The notes under the pieces: model-generated
The model's database searches: none
What the model was told of the DNA's origin: nothing
The model's input: the letters and a program-made list of their open reading frames with translations, nothing else
Program-made: the position numbers and the translations under genes
In this document: piece after piece, positions 38,066-47,928 of the stretch
Position numbering within the stretch: position 1 is the stretch's first letter
Layout of the letters: each line of letters opens with the position of its first letter
From: Pseudomonadota bacterium
Lineage (GTDB): Bacteria > Pseudomonadota > Gammaproteobacteria > JAKAQQ01
Length of the DNA stretch: 64,000 nucleotides
Assembly (NCBI GenBank): GCA_027320085.1
Contig: DAHVLZ010000018.1
Coordinates: 1-64,000, forward strand
Direction of reading: 5' to 3'

Positions 38066-39730
38066 ATGATCGAAACCCGTAGCCGAAAACTGGGGATGGG
38101 AATGTTCCTGGCTGCTCTCCTCGTGGGCGGATCTGCAGCCTCGGACCGGCTTCCGGCACGAACCCTCGCCCCCGCACCGCTTGCGGGCATGCCGCACTCC
38201 CAGCGTCAGGCGGCCAAGGATCTTCTGCAGGCCGCGGAACTCCAGTCCGATACCGTGCTGGCGGCGCGTGCGGCCTGGCTGGCCTACGAACGCGCTCATT
38301 TCCGGCTGGCCCGCCGGGCCCTCCTCTATTGGCAGACCCTGGATCCGCGTGATCGGCGGATCGACAATCTCCTGATCCTGACCAATCTCGAGACAGGCCA
38401 TCTCGGCCAGGCGCTCACCGTCCTGACCGGGCTGGTCCGTCATGTGATGTATCCCCACCAGGCGATCGAAGCCCTGCTCCAGGTGCTCGCCCGCGCCTCG
38501 GAACGTGCCCCCCGGCTCCTTTTGTTTCAGGACTGGGTGCATGAAGCTCCGACCGACCCGCTCGCCCACTGGGCGCTCGCCCGCGTGGCGGCAGCTGAGG
38601 GCCTGACCGGTTTGGCTGCCCACGAGTATGAGGCGTTGTTCCGTGAGAAGCCCAAGGATCCCATGCTGGGCCTTGCGCTCGCCAAATCCTGGATTCTCCT
38701 GGGGAGGATCCACCGCGGACTGGCCTTGATCGAAAAGCTCGAGAAGCAAGATCTTCTGGGCACGATCCCGGCCCGCGTCAAGACGGCGGACCTGTGGATG
38801 CTGGCCGGACATCCGAAGAAGGCGGCCGGCCTGATCGACAGTCTCCCGCCCAAGGCGGCCCCCTTTGTTCCGCTCACCCGGGCCTGGATCGAAATCCAGG
38901 AGAAGCACTTGCACCAGGCCGAAAGGACGCTCACCCGGCTGCTTGAGGCGAACACGTCGAACCGCACGGCGGGCTACTTTCTGGGTTATGTCGAGGCCGA
39001 TCTCAAGCATTTCCGGCGGGCCCGGGCCTGGTTCGGTTATGCCCGGGTCGGTGCCCATTTTGTCGACTCGACGCGGGAGATCGCCCGGATCGAGATGGAG
39101 CGGCAGCCGCCCCACTTCCATCAAGCGCTTCTGATCCTCGAGAAAATGTCGGAGATGGTGCCGGTCTGGGGGCCACGGCTCGTGACCCACGGCGTCAACC
39201 TCTTTGTGCGATCCGATCAGGCCTCGCAGGCCACCACGATTCTGGGCTGGGGACTCAAGCGTTGGCCGGGAAACACCGACCTGCAATATGCAAAGGCCCT
39301 GCTCGAAATCCGCCTGGGCCATTTTGCGAAAGCGATCCGGTTGCTCAAGGCGCTTGTCCGACGCTACCCCTCAGATCCCCTGTTCCTCAACGCGCTGGGA
39401 TACACGTGGACGATCCGGGGCCGGCACCTGCTGCAGGCGGCGATCCTGATCCACCATGCCCTCCTGATCGATCCCTCGGATCCGGCGCTGCTGGACAGCC
39501 TGGGCTGGGTCGACTTCAAGCTGCACCATTGGCAATCGGCCTACCGTCGCCTGGCGCTCGCGCACACGCTCAAGCCCCATGAACCCACGATTGCATTCCA
39601 TTGGGGCCGGGTGCTCTGGCAGTCGGGGCATCCACAGGCGGCACGCCGCGTCTGGCAGGAAGCCTTGGAGAGGGCTCCCCATGATGCGCGTCTCAAGCGT
39701 GCCCTGAGCCAGCCCTTGCCGCACCCTTGA
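38066..39730 (+). CDS. Exported tetratricopeptide repeat protein
   Basis: LNALGYT, DSLGWV.F, helical repeats; directly upstream of lolB; start uncertain. Confidence 0.88.
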   Translation: MIETRSRKLGMGMFLAALLVGGSAASDRLPARTLAPAPLAGMPHSQRQAAKDLLQAAELQSDTVLAARAAWLAYERAHFRLARRALLYWQTLDPRDRRIDNLLILTNLETGHLGQALTVLTGLVRHVMYPHQAIEALLQVLARASERAPRLLLFQDWVHEAPTDPLAHWALARVAAAEGLTGLAAHEYEALFREKPKDPMLGLALAKSWILLGRIHRGLALIEKLEKQDLLGTIPARVKTADLWMLAGHPKKAAGLIDSLPPKAAPFVPLTRAWIEIQEKHLHQAERTLTRLLEANTSNRTAGYFLGYVEADLKHFRRARAWFGYARVGAHFVDSTREIARIEMERQPPHFHQALLILEKMSEMVPVWGPRLVTHGVNLFVRSDQASQATTILGWGLKRWPGNTDLQYAKALLEIRLGHFAKAIRLLKALVRRYPSDPLFLNALGYTWTIRGRHLLQAAILIHHALLIDPSDPALLDSLGWVDFKLHHWQSAYRRLALAHTLKPHEPTIAFHWGRVLWQSGHPQAARRVWQEALERAPHDARLKRALSQPLPHP

Positions 39731-40560
39731 CGCTCAGGCGTCTCGCACCGGTCTTTCTTGCGGCCGGAATCCTCCTCCTGGCCGGCTGTGTCCTCCCTCC
39801 GCAAACCCCGGGGCTGCCTTCTGCACATACCATCCACAGACTTGAGGCGATCCGCGGCTTTGAAATCTCGGGCGAACTCGGCGTGGTCGACCGGCAACGG
39901 GGCTTTTCAGGCTCCTTCTACTGGCGCGATCACCGGGGACGGAACCTGCTCATCGTGACAGCCCCGCTCGGCAGCGGGGGCTTCCGTCTGTCCGGCCATT
40001 CGGGAGACTGGCAGCTTGTGACCTCGCGCGGACGGATCCTATCGGTGCGCCACTGTCTGCGGTGCGTGCTCGCGCACTGGTTCGCGGTCCCCGTTCCCAT
40101 CCGGAGCCTGGACTATTGGGTGCGGGGGTTGCCGGACCCGGGGATACCGGCCCGTGGGATTTGGGATTCCCGGGGCCGGCTCCGGCACCTGACCCAGGAA
40201 GATTGGCAGCTCCTTTTCGAGCACTATGGGCGGATCGACGGCCTGCCGGTCCCAAACAGTCTCATCCTGCGATACCGCTCGGCGAGGATTCATCTGGTCG
40301 TGGATCGCTGGACGATCTGGAGGGCAGCCCGGAAAGACAGCCGGGAGTCTCAGGACCGGCGTGGCTCATCCCCCGGCGGTGGCAATCCTCGTGAGAGCCG
40401 CATTTCATCCTCGCCCCACCGCCGCTTGCGTCGATCGAGATTGCGATCTGGCGGGGTTTTCCCCCCGAAACAGGGAATCTCCCCCTGGGCCGCCGTCGTC
40501 TTTCGCGGCATCCCCGGGCCCTCTCTTGAGAGAGGGGAGAACCAAGCCCCAGGGACTTGA
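39727..40560 (+). CDS. lolB: Outer-membrane lipoprotein insertase LolB with an unusual C-terminal extension
   Basis: Lipobox LLAGC, APLG, P...L.YWVRGLP, L.Q..W. Confidence 0.85.
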   Translation: MTLRRLAPVFLAAGILLLAGCVLPPQTPGLPSAHTIHRLEAIRGFEISGELGVVDRQRGFSGSFYWRDHRGRNLLIVTAPLGSGGFRLSGHSGDWQLVTSRGRILSVRHCLRCVLAHWFAVPVPIRSLDYWVRGLPDPGIPARGIWDSRGRLRHLTQEDWQLLFEHYGRIDGLPVPNSLILRYRSARIHLVVDRWTIWRAARKDSRESQDRRGSSPGGGNPRESRISSSPHRRLRRSRLRSGGVFPPKQGISPWAAVVFRGIPGPSLERGENQAPGT

Positions 40561-40842
40561 CTTGCGCTTTCTTTTCTGATATTCCATAGGATCAATGAAC
40601 AGCAACTCCAAGTACGGAGGAAGACCACGAAGAGGGGAGCAATCCCCCGGTCGTGACTTCGCTGCTTTTCAGAAACGGACTTCGTGATGAATCGACAAAA
40701 CCCGAACCCACTCTTCCTGTGATCCGCCTCCATCCGGAGACGGCGGGTTTTTGTCTTTTCATCCCGAGGCTTGGAAACTCGGCCTGACGACGGTCATGCA
40801 AAAAGCCGAAGCAGGTCGTTCAACTTAGCTTAGGAGTCTTCC
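40557..40842 (+). promoter_or_regulatory. Promoter and long structured leader of the S53 gene
   Basis: TTGACT-N17-TATTCC; GCAA-capped hairpin 40620-40660; terminator-like stem 40724-40760. Confidence 0.45.
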
Positions 40843-43305
40843 ATGAGAAAACGTATCGTGTCGGCATGGGCCGTGCCCATGGCGGTGCTCTTCGCCTTGG
40901 CGGGAGCCGCCCCGGTCCTTGCCCAATCCCTTCCCGGCGGCAATGTCATGCAAATGCATGGCATGGTGCCGCAAGTCGTGAAACGGGCGGTCTACTTGGG
41001 GACCCACAGTCCTTCAGCACCGATGACCGTGACGGTGGGGCTCAGACTGTCTCATCCGAATGCCCTGAATCGCTTTCTGGGCGAACTTCAGGATCCCGCG
41101 AGCCCGATGTACCGTCATTTCCTGACCCCCGCCGAGTTTACCCAGGCGTACGGGCCCACGGCTGCGGAAGTCACCACCGTCACCAACTTTCTCCGGAGCC
41201 GGGGAATCCACGTGACGGGGGTGTCGTCCAACCGCCTCCTCATCCATACCGAAGCCTCGGCCGGGGCCTATGAGCAGGCCCTGGGTGTCGTGCTCGAGGA
41301 CTACGCCTACCACGGGCGGACGTTCTTTGCACCCTCCCACGCCCCGGTATTGCCCGTCTCGGTTGCGGGTGATGTCGAGTCCCTGATCGGACTTTCGGAT
41401 GCGGCCGTGATGCGCCCCATGTGGATCCGGGGACCCGTCACCACCAGCCAGACGGGTGGAAACACGGCGGCGGCGACGCCTTCGGGTTACTCACCCCAGC
41501 AGATTGCGACCGTCTATGACTGGCCGTCGATCACCAATACCGCCAACGGGTCCGGGGTGACCATTGCCAATGCCACGGCCGAGAGCACGAACCTCTCGAT
41601 GAGTGACCTCGATACCTTCTGGAACCAGTACGGATTGTCCACCCATACGGTCAATGTCATTCCCGTGGATGGCACGACGAGCTCAACCGGTGGAACGATC
41701 GAGACCACGATCGACGAGGAACGGAGCGGGGCGATGGCTCCCGGCGCCACCCTGGACGTCTACGACGCGGATACCGCGACCGACCAGGATTTCACGGACA
41801 CCTACAACACGATCGTCACCGACAACACGGCCGAGGTGATGACCACGAGCTGGGGAGAACCGGAGGCGGATGCCTCATCCACGACCCTGTCGACCGATGA
41901 CAGCATCTTCAAGCAAGCGGCCGCCCAGGGCATTTCGGTCTTCGCGGCAGCCGGTGACAATGGCTCCTCCGACGGAACGAGCAATTCGGATACGGCGGAC
42001 TTTCCGTCCTCGGATCCGTATGTCCTCGCAGCCGGCGGCACGACCCTGACCCTGACCAGCAGCAATACGCGTTCGAGCGAGATTGCCTGGTCCAGCGGGG
42101 GAGGAGCGGAAAGCGCGGTGTTCACCGAGCCCTCCTGGCAGGTCGGAACCGGCGTGCCCCAGAACGGCTACCGCAACACCTCGGACCTCTCGATGGATGC
42201 CGATCCCAATACCGGATACTCGGTCTACGAGGCCGGAAGCTGGAGCGTCTATGGCGGAACCAGTTTCGTGGCACCGCAGCTCGCGGGACTCTGGGCTGAC
42301 GGGGTCGCAGACAATGGCGGAACCCGGCTCGGTCAGGCCAATCAGGCCGAATACGGGGTCGCCAACTCGGCCAACTACGCCAATGACTTCTATGATGTGA
42401 CCTCGGGCAGCAACGGCGCCTTCAGCGCGGGCGTTGGCTGGGATCACCCGACCGGCTGGGGCACCCCGGTGGCGACCAACCTGATCGCCAACATCGTGAC
42501 CCCCTCCGGTGGCGGTGGCGGCGTGGCTGCGCCCACGGCCTCGAACGGCTCGGTCACCACGGCTGAGAACACGGCGGTCTCGGGGACGCTCTCGGCCTCG
42601 GGCCCGAGCGGTGCAGCGCTGACCTTCGCGATCGTGGCCCAGCCCGCGAACGGATCGGTGACGCTCACCAATAGCTCGACCGGGGCCTTCACCTACACCC
42701 CGAACAGCGGGTTCTCGGGAACGGATTCCTTCACCTTCGACGCGTCAGACAGTGGCGGGACCTCGAATACCGCGACCGAGACCGTGACGGTGAATGCGGT
42801 CTCAACCGGACCCTGTCCCACGGGCTATGCCACCTATACCGGAACCCTTTCCGGCAGTGGGGACTATGCCTACCAGCCCAACGACAACTACTACTACGCG
42901 AACAGAGGGAAAGAGGCTGGATTGCTCTACGGACCGGGTGGAACCAACTTCCAGCTCTATCTCTACCAGTGGGATCCCTGGTTCGGCTGGATCAATGTGG
43001 CCGCCGGAACCGGCGGGGGCGCAGACCAGAGCGTGAGCTATGACGGCAGCTCCGGTTACTACGTCTGGCTGGTCTACTCGAACTACGGGGCTGGAGCTTA
43101 TACCTTCTGCCTGAGCTATCCGGGTGAGACAGCGGCCGCGACTCCCGTCCATTCGCACCCTAAAGGCCTGCCGGGAACCCCTCCGCAGGCGGTCCGGAGC
43201 AGCACTCCGGCCGGTGGCGGGTCGGGCTCGATGGGTCTCCTCGGCCTTCTGGCCCTGGCATCGATCCTGATCGTGCGGGGAATCCGCAACCCCCGCGAAT
43301 CCTGA
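40843..43305 (+). CDS. Secreted S53 (sedolisin/kumamolisin) peptidase with pro-domain, Ig-like and PPC-like domains and a GlyGly-CTERM anchor
   Basis: Catalytic ETTID (E/D), AAGDNG and GGTS; Ca-site GWD.PTGWG.P; FTYTP....G.DSFTF Ig repeat; GGGSGSMGLLGLLAL...RGIR tail. Confidence 0.92.
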   Translation: MRKRIVSAWAVPMAVLFALAGAAPVLAQSLPGGNVMQMHGMVPQVVKRAVYLGTHSPSAPMTVTVGLRLSHPNALNRFLGELQDPASPMYRHFLTPAEFTQAYGPTAAEVTTVTNFLRSRGIHVTGVSSNRLLIHTEASAGAYEQALGVVLEDYAYHGRTFFAPSHAPVLPVSVAGDVESLIGLSDAAVMRPMWIRGPVTTSQTGGNTAAATPSGYSPQQIATVYDWPSITNTANGSGVTIANATAESTNLSMSDLDTFWNQYGLSTHTVNVIPVDGTTSSTGGTIETTIDEERSGAMAPGATLDVYDADTATDQDFTDTYNTIVTDNTAEVMTTSWGEPEADASSTTLSTDDSIFKQAAAQGISVFAAAGDNGSSDGTSNSDTADFPSSDPYVLAAGGTTLTLTSSNTRSSEIAWSSGGGAESAVFTEPSWQVGTGVPQNGYRNTSDLSMDADPNTGYSVYEAGSWSVYGGTSFVAPQLAGLWADGVADNGGTRLGQANQAEYGVANSANYANDFYDVTSGSNGAFSAGVGWDHPTGWGTPVATNLIANIVTPSGGGGGVAAPTASNGSVTTAENTAVSGTLSASGPSGAALTFAIVAQPANGSVTLTNSSTGAFTYTPNSGFSGTDSFTFDASDSGGTSNTATETVTVNAVSTGPCPTGYATYTGTLSGSGDYAYQPNDNYYYANRGKEAGLLYGPGGTNFQLYLYQWDPWFGWINVAAGTGGGADQSVSYDGSSGYYVWLVYSNYGAGAYTFCLSYPGETAAATPVHSHPKGLPGTPPQAVRSSTPAGGGSGSMGLLGLLALASILIVRGIRNPRES

Positions 43306-43325
43306 TCACCACTGATTGACACTGA

Positions 43326-43358
43326 TCGGGCAGGCCTCAAGCCTGCCCGATTTTTTTT
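43326..43358 (+). terminator. Rho-independent terminator
   Basis: ATCGGGCAGGC-ctcaa-GCCTGCCCGAT followed by a T run. Confidence 0.9.
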
Positions 43359-43487
43359 GGCGGTCTGTGAGGGGCGATGCCAAGCCGGGGCTCGCAAGCC
43401 CGATCCCCCCAAAAGTGGAGGAGGCCGAAGGGCTGATGGGGTCAGGGTCATCGGTTAGGCTAAACAGAGATGAACGAGGAGTCGACC

Positions 43488-43754
43488 ATGGCGGGGGGTT
43501 GGACCCAAGACGGTGCCGTGCAACAGCGGATCGATGCCCGCCTGGAAGTTGCGCTGAAGCGTGTGCGTGGGCGCATCCCCGCGGGAGAGAGCCTTCGCTA
43601 TTGCGGAAAATGCGGGGCCGAAATCCCCGAAGGCCGGCGTCACGCCCTCCCCGGGGTGCGGTTCTGCCTGGGCTGCCAGGCTGAAATTGACCGGCAACAG
43701 GTCTCTGTCTCGCCCATCAATCGCCGGGGCAGCAAGGACAGCCAGCTTCGCTGA
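43488..43754 (+). CDS. DksA/TraR C4 zinc-finger protein (YbiI-like)
   Basis: MAGGW..DGAVQ, C..CG..IPE.RR.ALPGV.FC..CQ, NRRGSKDSQLR. Confidence 0.93.
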   Translation: MAGGWTQDGAVQQRIDARLEVALKRVRGRIPAGESLRYCGKCGAEIPEGRRHALPGVRFCLGCQAEIDRQQVSVSPINRRGSKDSQLR

Positions 43755-43836
43755 AGGCTCCGCTCAGGTCTTCGCTGCGCTAGAATCCGAGCTCGAGAGT
43801 TCATGGGTCGTGAGGTTCCAAGTCGGTTTCGCTGCG

Positions 43837-43913
43837 GCCCCGGTAGCTCAGTTGGATAGAGCATCCCCCTCCTAAGGGGAAGGTCGGCGGTTCAAATCCG
43901 CCCCGGGGCGCCA
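43837..43913 (+). tRNA. tRNA-Arg(CCT)
   Basis: GCCCCGGTAGCTCAGTTGGATAGAGCATCCCCCTCCTAAGGGGA...GTTCAAATCCGCCCCGGGGCGCCA. Confidence 0.97.
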
Positions 43914-44100
43914 TCAATCAAGGGAGCCCGCCCATTCGCGGGGACCGCCCGATGATGTGCCCAAACCTTGCGCCCAACACCAATCCGGCTTGGTGGATAC
44001 CGGCCCGGAAGAAACGGCCGGACTGTGCGGGAGCCCAGCCTGGCGGGTTTTCCTTGAAGCAGCTTCTTTTCGATGCGGTTAGACTGGACCGTCCTGCAGG

Positions 44101-44928
44101 ATGTATGGCGTGACCGGCATTCTCTTCTCCATCGTGCTTCTCCTCCTGGCGGGTGCTTGCGCGGGATTCCTGGGAGGACTCCTGGGGATCGGAGGGGGGC
44201 TTCCGGTGGTGGCGGCGCTGAGCGTGGTCCTGCCGACGCTGGGGATTCCACGGTCTTCCGTCATGCATGTCGCCGTGGCGACCTCCCTGGCCGCAATGGT
44301 TCTGACCTTCACCTCATCCGCCACGGCGCATATCCGGCGCGGGAGCGTGCTTTGGCCCAGCTGGAGGAGGCTTGCACCAGGCATGGTGGTCGGTGCGCTT
44401 GTCGGGACGCACCTTGCGGCGTTTCTTCCCGATTTCGCTCTGCGTGCGGTCATCGGCGTTTTCTGCCTCATCATGGCCGGGCAGATGGCCATCGGACGTA
44501 AAGCCGGGGCGCAGGCGGGTGAGGGAGAACGGGTACCCCGATCGCCCTGGCTCATGGGGGCGGGTGCCGGAATCGGCACCCTCTCCTCGGTGGTTGGAAT
44601 CGGTGGCGGATCCATGACCGTCCCTCTTCTCGTATCCCTGTCGGCGAGGCCCGTCAAGGCCATCGGAACGAGTGCGGTGTGCGGATTGATGCTCGCGATC
44701 GTGAGTGCCCTGAGTTACGCGGTCACGGTCAAGGTCCCCACGCACGCGCTGCCCTGGGGAACGGTCGGTTACGTGAGCCTCCCGGTGGCGGCGCTCATTG
44801 CGATGGGCTCGATGTCGCTCGCACCCGTCGGTGTCCGGGTGGCGCACAAGTTGTCCAACCGGGCGCTGAAGCGGATCTTCGCGCTATTCCTCGTGGTCAT
44901 GGGGTTGCTGATCGTCCTCGGAGGCTAG
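44101..44928 (+). CDS. TauE/SafE family membrane transporter
   Basis: GLLGIGGG, AVATSLA, second repeat GIGGGS..VP. Confidence 0.9.
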   Translation: MYGVTGILFSIVLLLLAGACAGFLGGLLGIGGGLPVVAALSVVLPTLGIPRSSVMHVAVATSLAAMVLTFTSSATAHIRRGSVLWPSWRRLAPGMVVGALVGTHLAAFLPDFALRAVIGVFCLIMAGQMAIGRKAGAQAGEGERVPRSPWLMGAGAGIGTLSSVVGIGGGSMTVPLLVSLSARPVKAIGTSAVCGLMLAIVSALSYAVTVKVPTHALPWGTVGYVSLPVAALIAMGSMSLAPVGVRVAHKLSNRALKRIFALFLVVMGLLIVLGG

Positions 44929-45007
44929 ATCCGGGAGCTTTCCCGGGGGGCAGGATGCATGGACTGCCGGTCATCGGTTTCGGGTTCTTGGACCGGGAAG
45001 TCTTCCC

Positions 45008-45508
45008 TCACGGCAACCGGTTGCAGTTCGAAGGGAGCCCGGCTCCGGATTGCGCTTTCCCTTTTCCCGGATGGGAGGTCACGTAGGCGGCATACCCTTT
45101 GTAGGTGACCATTTTGTGGATCATGGGAGTGGAGGGTCCCCAGGAGTACGAGCTGTTTGCGGCCATGCCCCCGGCTCTCATGCCGGGTGACCCACCACCG
45201 GTCGGTGGCGGGTCGGCCAGAAGGACTGCATTGGCTCCGATCCGGGCTGCCTGTTGCTGCAGTTTTTCCAAGATCCGGCAGTTGAGCTCGGGGGAGTTGT
45301 TCCAGCCGAGCAGGTGGGTGTCCAGTTTCGCGAGGAGCACGAAATGGGAGGGCCACGCCGGTTTGATCCAGAAGGAAACCTGGTCGGCGTGCAGGGGCGG
45401 TCTCGCTTGGGTGAGCATGGACGGTGGGCCAACCAGAGCGCAGCCGGAAAATGCCAAGAGCGCACCGAGTAGTAGGGAAATCCCGAACCCAGATGAACAA
45501 GGACGCAT
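45008..45508 (-). CDS. Lipoprotein with a YbjQ-like motif
   Basis: Lipobox FSGC; LEKLQQQAARIGANAVLL. Confidence 0.65.
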   Translation of the reverse strand: MRPCSSGFGISLLLGALLAFSGCALVGPPSMLTQARPPLHADQVSFWIKPAWPSHFVLLAKLDTHLLGWNNSPELNCRILEKLQQQAARIGANAVLLADPPPTGGGSPGMRAGGMAANSSYSWGPSTPMIHKMVTYKGYAAYVTSHPGKGKAQSGAGLPSNCNRLP

Positions 45509-45619
45509 ACAGCCCCCCTTCCCAGGATCGCCTCCGACCATCCCATCCTACTCGGATCTTTTCGCTTCCGCTCGGGGCACTCGGTTGTGGCTGGCAGAGG
45601 GGAGCGCGTGCTCCGGCCA

Positions 45620-46057
45620 TCAATCCAGCCGGATCATGAGCGCACGGATTTTCCGTTCGATCTCGTCGCGGACCGCTCGGAAGGCATCGAGAATCTCGGT
45701 TTCAGATCCACTGGCACGGGCCGGATCGGTGAGCGGCCAGTGTTCACGGAGGATTCCGGGGGACACCAAGGGACAGCGTTCTTCAGCGTCTCCGCAGAGG
45801 GTGATGAGCCGGTCGGCGCTTGCGAGGAGTGTTTCGGTGAGCATCTTCGACTGCTGCGAGCGGATGTCAATCCCGCGCTCCGCCATGACCCGGATGGCCA
45901 GCGGGTGGATCCCGTGAGCCTCGATGCCGGCGGAAGCAGACTCGACTTTTCCATCGCCGAGTGTGCGCAACCACCCCTCGGCCATCTGGCTGCGGCAGCT
46001 GTTGCCGGTGCAGAGGAACAGGATGACCGGCCGACGGCCGGGTTCGCGGGCGCTCAC
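45620..46057 (-). CDS. arsC: Thioredoxin-type arsenate reductase (LMW-PTP fold)
   Basis: CTGNSCRSQMAE, TLCGDA.E.CP, HW...DP; GTG start overlaps the arsB stop. Confidence 0.93.
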   Translation of the reverse strand: MSAREPGRRPVILFLCTGNSCRSQMAEGWLRTLGDGKVESASAGIEAHGIHPLAIRVMAERGIDIRSQQSKMLTETLLASADRLITLCGDAEERCPLVSPGILREHWPLTDPARASGSETEILDAFRAVRDEIERKIRALMIRLD

Positions 46058-47373
46058 CCGCCCCCCAGCCAGCGGACCCAGAGGCCCAAAGCGAGGAGGG
46101 TCACCAGGAGCACGGGCGGCGTGATGACGAGACCGACGCGCATGTATGTCCGCCAACTGATCGTTTCGCCCTTGCGGGCCAGGACATGAAGCCAGAGCAG
46201 CGTGGCCAGGCTGCCCAAGGGTGTGAATTTGGGCCCGAGGTCACAGCCCACCACGTTGGCGTAGATCATGGCGGTTTTGACCGTGTGGGGGAGGGGAGTG
46301 GCCTGGTGGATGCCGAGTGCCCCGATCAAGACCGTGGGCAGGTTGTTCATGACGGCCGAAAGCCCTGCCGAGAGGAGACCGGTACCCAGGGTCGCCACAA
46401 GGACGCCTTGGTGCGCAAGGGTGGCAAGCAATCCCGCGAGCAGCGCCGTGAGGCCCGCATTCCGGAGTCCGAAAACGACGAGATACATGCCGAGGCTGAA
46501 CCAGACGATCTGCCAGGGGGCCTCGCGGAGCACCTTCCGGCTCTGGATCGTGGCACCCCGGCCCAGACGCCACCAGCGACCCGAGACGGCCAGAAGCAGA
46601 AGTGCGCCGCTCCCCGTCACCGCGAAGATCGGGAGGTGCCAGGGGGCGGTCACGAAGTAGGCCACGAGGAGGAGGGCCAGGACGGGAAAGCTCAAGCGGA
46701 AGACGAGCGGGTCGCGGATCGCGGTTTGCGGGGCGGGAAGCGTCTCCTTCCCGTATCGGAGGGGGACCTCGCGGCCGAAGTAGAGCCAGAGTACCCCGAG
46801 CGTTGCCAGTAGCGCGACCAGGTCGACCGGTACCATGATCCCCGCGTAGTGGTCGAAGGACAGGTGGAAATAGCCGGCGCTCACGATGTTGACGAGGTTT
46901 GAGGTCACAAAGGGCAGTGAGGTCGTATCCGCGACGAAGCCCGTGGCCATGACGAAGGCAAAGGCGGCAGCTGGGCTGTAGCCCAGGGCGAAGAGCATGG
47001 CCAGGACGATCGGTGTCAGGATGAGGGCAGCCCCGTCATTGGCAAAGAGCGCCGAGACCCCGGCGCCCAGCACGATCACCAGGGGAAACAGCCGATGCCC
47101 GTTTCCGCCTCCCCAGTGGGCCACATGGAGGGCGGCCCAGTGGAAAAAACCCGCCTCATCGAGGATCAGCGAAATCAGGATCAGGGCGACGAAGGTCAAG
47201 GTCGCATCCCACACGATCCCCCAGACGGTTGCCAGGTTGGACCAGTGGATGACCCCGACGGCGAGCGCGATCACCGCCCCCGCCATCGCGCCCCAACCAA
47301 TCCCGAGTCCCCCGGGCCGGACGATCACGAGGAGAAGCGTCAGCACAAAGACAGAAAGCGCAAGGATCATCAC
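46054..47373 (-). CDS. arsB: Arsenite efflux pump
   Basis: FANDGAALILTP, SNLVNIVSA, MNNLP, DLGPK.TP.GSLATLLW. Confidence 0.96.
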   Translation of the reverse strand: MMILALSVFVLTLLLVIVRPGGLGIGWGAMAGAVIALAVGVIHWSNLATVWGIVWDATLTFVALILISLILDEAGFFHWAALHVAHWGGGNGHRLFPLVIVLGAGVSALFANDGAALILTPIVLAMLFALGYSPAAAFAFVMATGFVADTTSLPFVTSNLVNIVSAGYFHLSFDHYAGIMVPVDLVALLATLGVLWLYFGREVPLRYGKETLPAPQTAIRDPLVFRLSFPVLALLLVAYFVTAPWHLPIFAVTGSGALLLLAVSGRWWRLGRGATIQSRKVLREAPWQIVWFSLGMYLVVFGLRNAGLTALLAGLLATLAHQGVLVATLGTGLLSAGLSAVMNNLPTVLIGALGIHQATPLPHTVKTAMIYANVVGCDLGPKFTPLGSLATLLWLHVLARKGETISWRTYMRVGLVITPPVLLVTLLALGLWVRWLGGG

Positions 47374-47795
47374 GGGGGGCGCCGTCCGCTGCAGGGTTGG
47401 GATTTCGGTCTATCCCTCTGGCAGGCGTCCCGGAAGGCCTGGAGACGGAACTGGGCCATCTTTTGGAAGAGGAGACCGTCGGGTTCCCGGGCCAGGGTCC
47501 GGAGGATTTTCCGTCGAGGCAAGGAGAGGGCGGGGTCCAGCCGGTAGTAAATCCATCTCCCCCGGCGACGGTCGGCCACGAGACCTGCCTGCCGGAGCCA
47601 GGCCAGGTGACGGGAGACCTTGGGCTGAGTGGATCCCAATGCCGCCACCAGCTCGCATACGCAAAGCTCCCCCTGGCTTCCCAAAAGATCCATGACCGCA
47701 AGGCGGGTCTGATCCGCGAGCGACTCCAGGAAACGGACCGTTCCGTTCGGCAGGACCTCATCCGGCCGATGAGGGGCGTGGGGGGCGGGTCTCAC
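47370..47795 (-). CDS. arsR: Arsenic-responsive repressor
   Basis: ELCVCEL metal site; QPKVSRHLA.LR.AGLV. Confidence 0.93.
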   Translation of the reverse strand: MRPAPHAPHRPDEVLPNGTVRFLESLADQTRLAVMDLLGSQGELCVCELVAALGSTQPKVSRHLAWLRQAGLVADRRRGRWIYYRLDPALSLPRRKILRTLAREPDGLLFQKMAQFRLQAFRDACQRDRPKSQPCSGRRPP

Positions 47796-47806
47796 ACGAT
47801 CCCTTT

Positions 47807-47828
47807 ATATATGGATAAACAAATATAT
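47807..47828. promoter_or_regulatory. Candidate ArsR operator
   Basis: ATATAT-N10-ATATAT dyad in an AT-rich patch immediately upstream of arsR. Confidence 0.55.
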
Positions 47829-47928
47829 CATGGAAGCCGCAAGCGCATCCGATGGCGGGCGCAGTGTTGGATTGACGTCCGGGCACGAGGGGGGTACCTT
47901 GACTCGTACCCGAAACCGGACGGTTCCC

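Noticed and set aside
43837-45000. Island integrated at tRNA-Arg(CCT)
   Set aside because: No integrase, no att duplication and no obvious composition shift.
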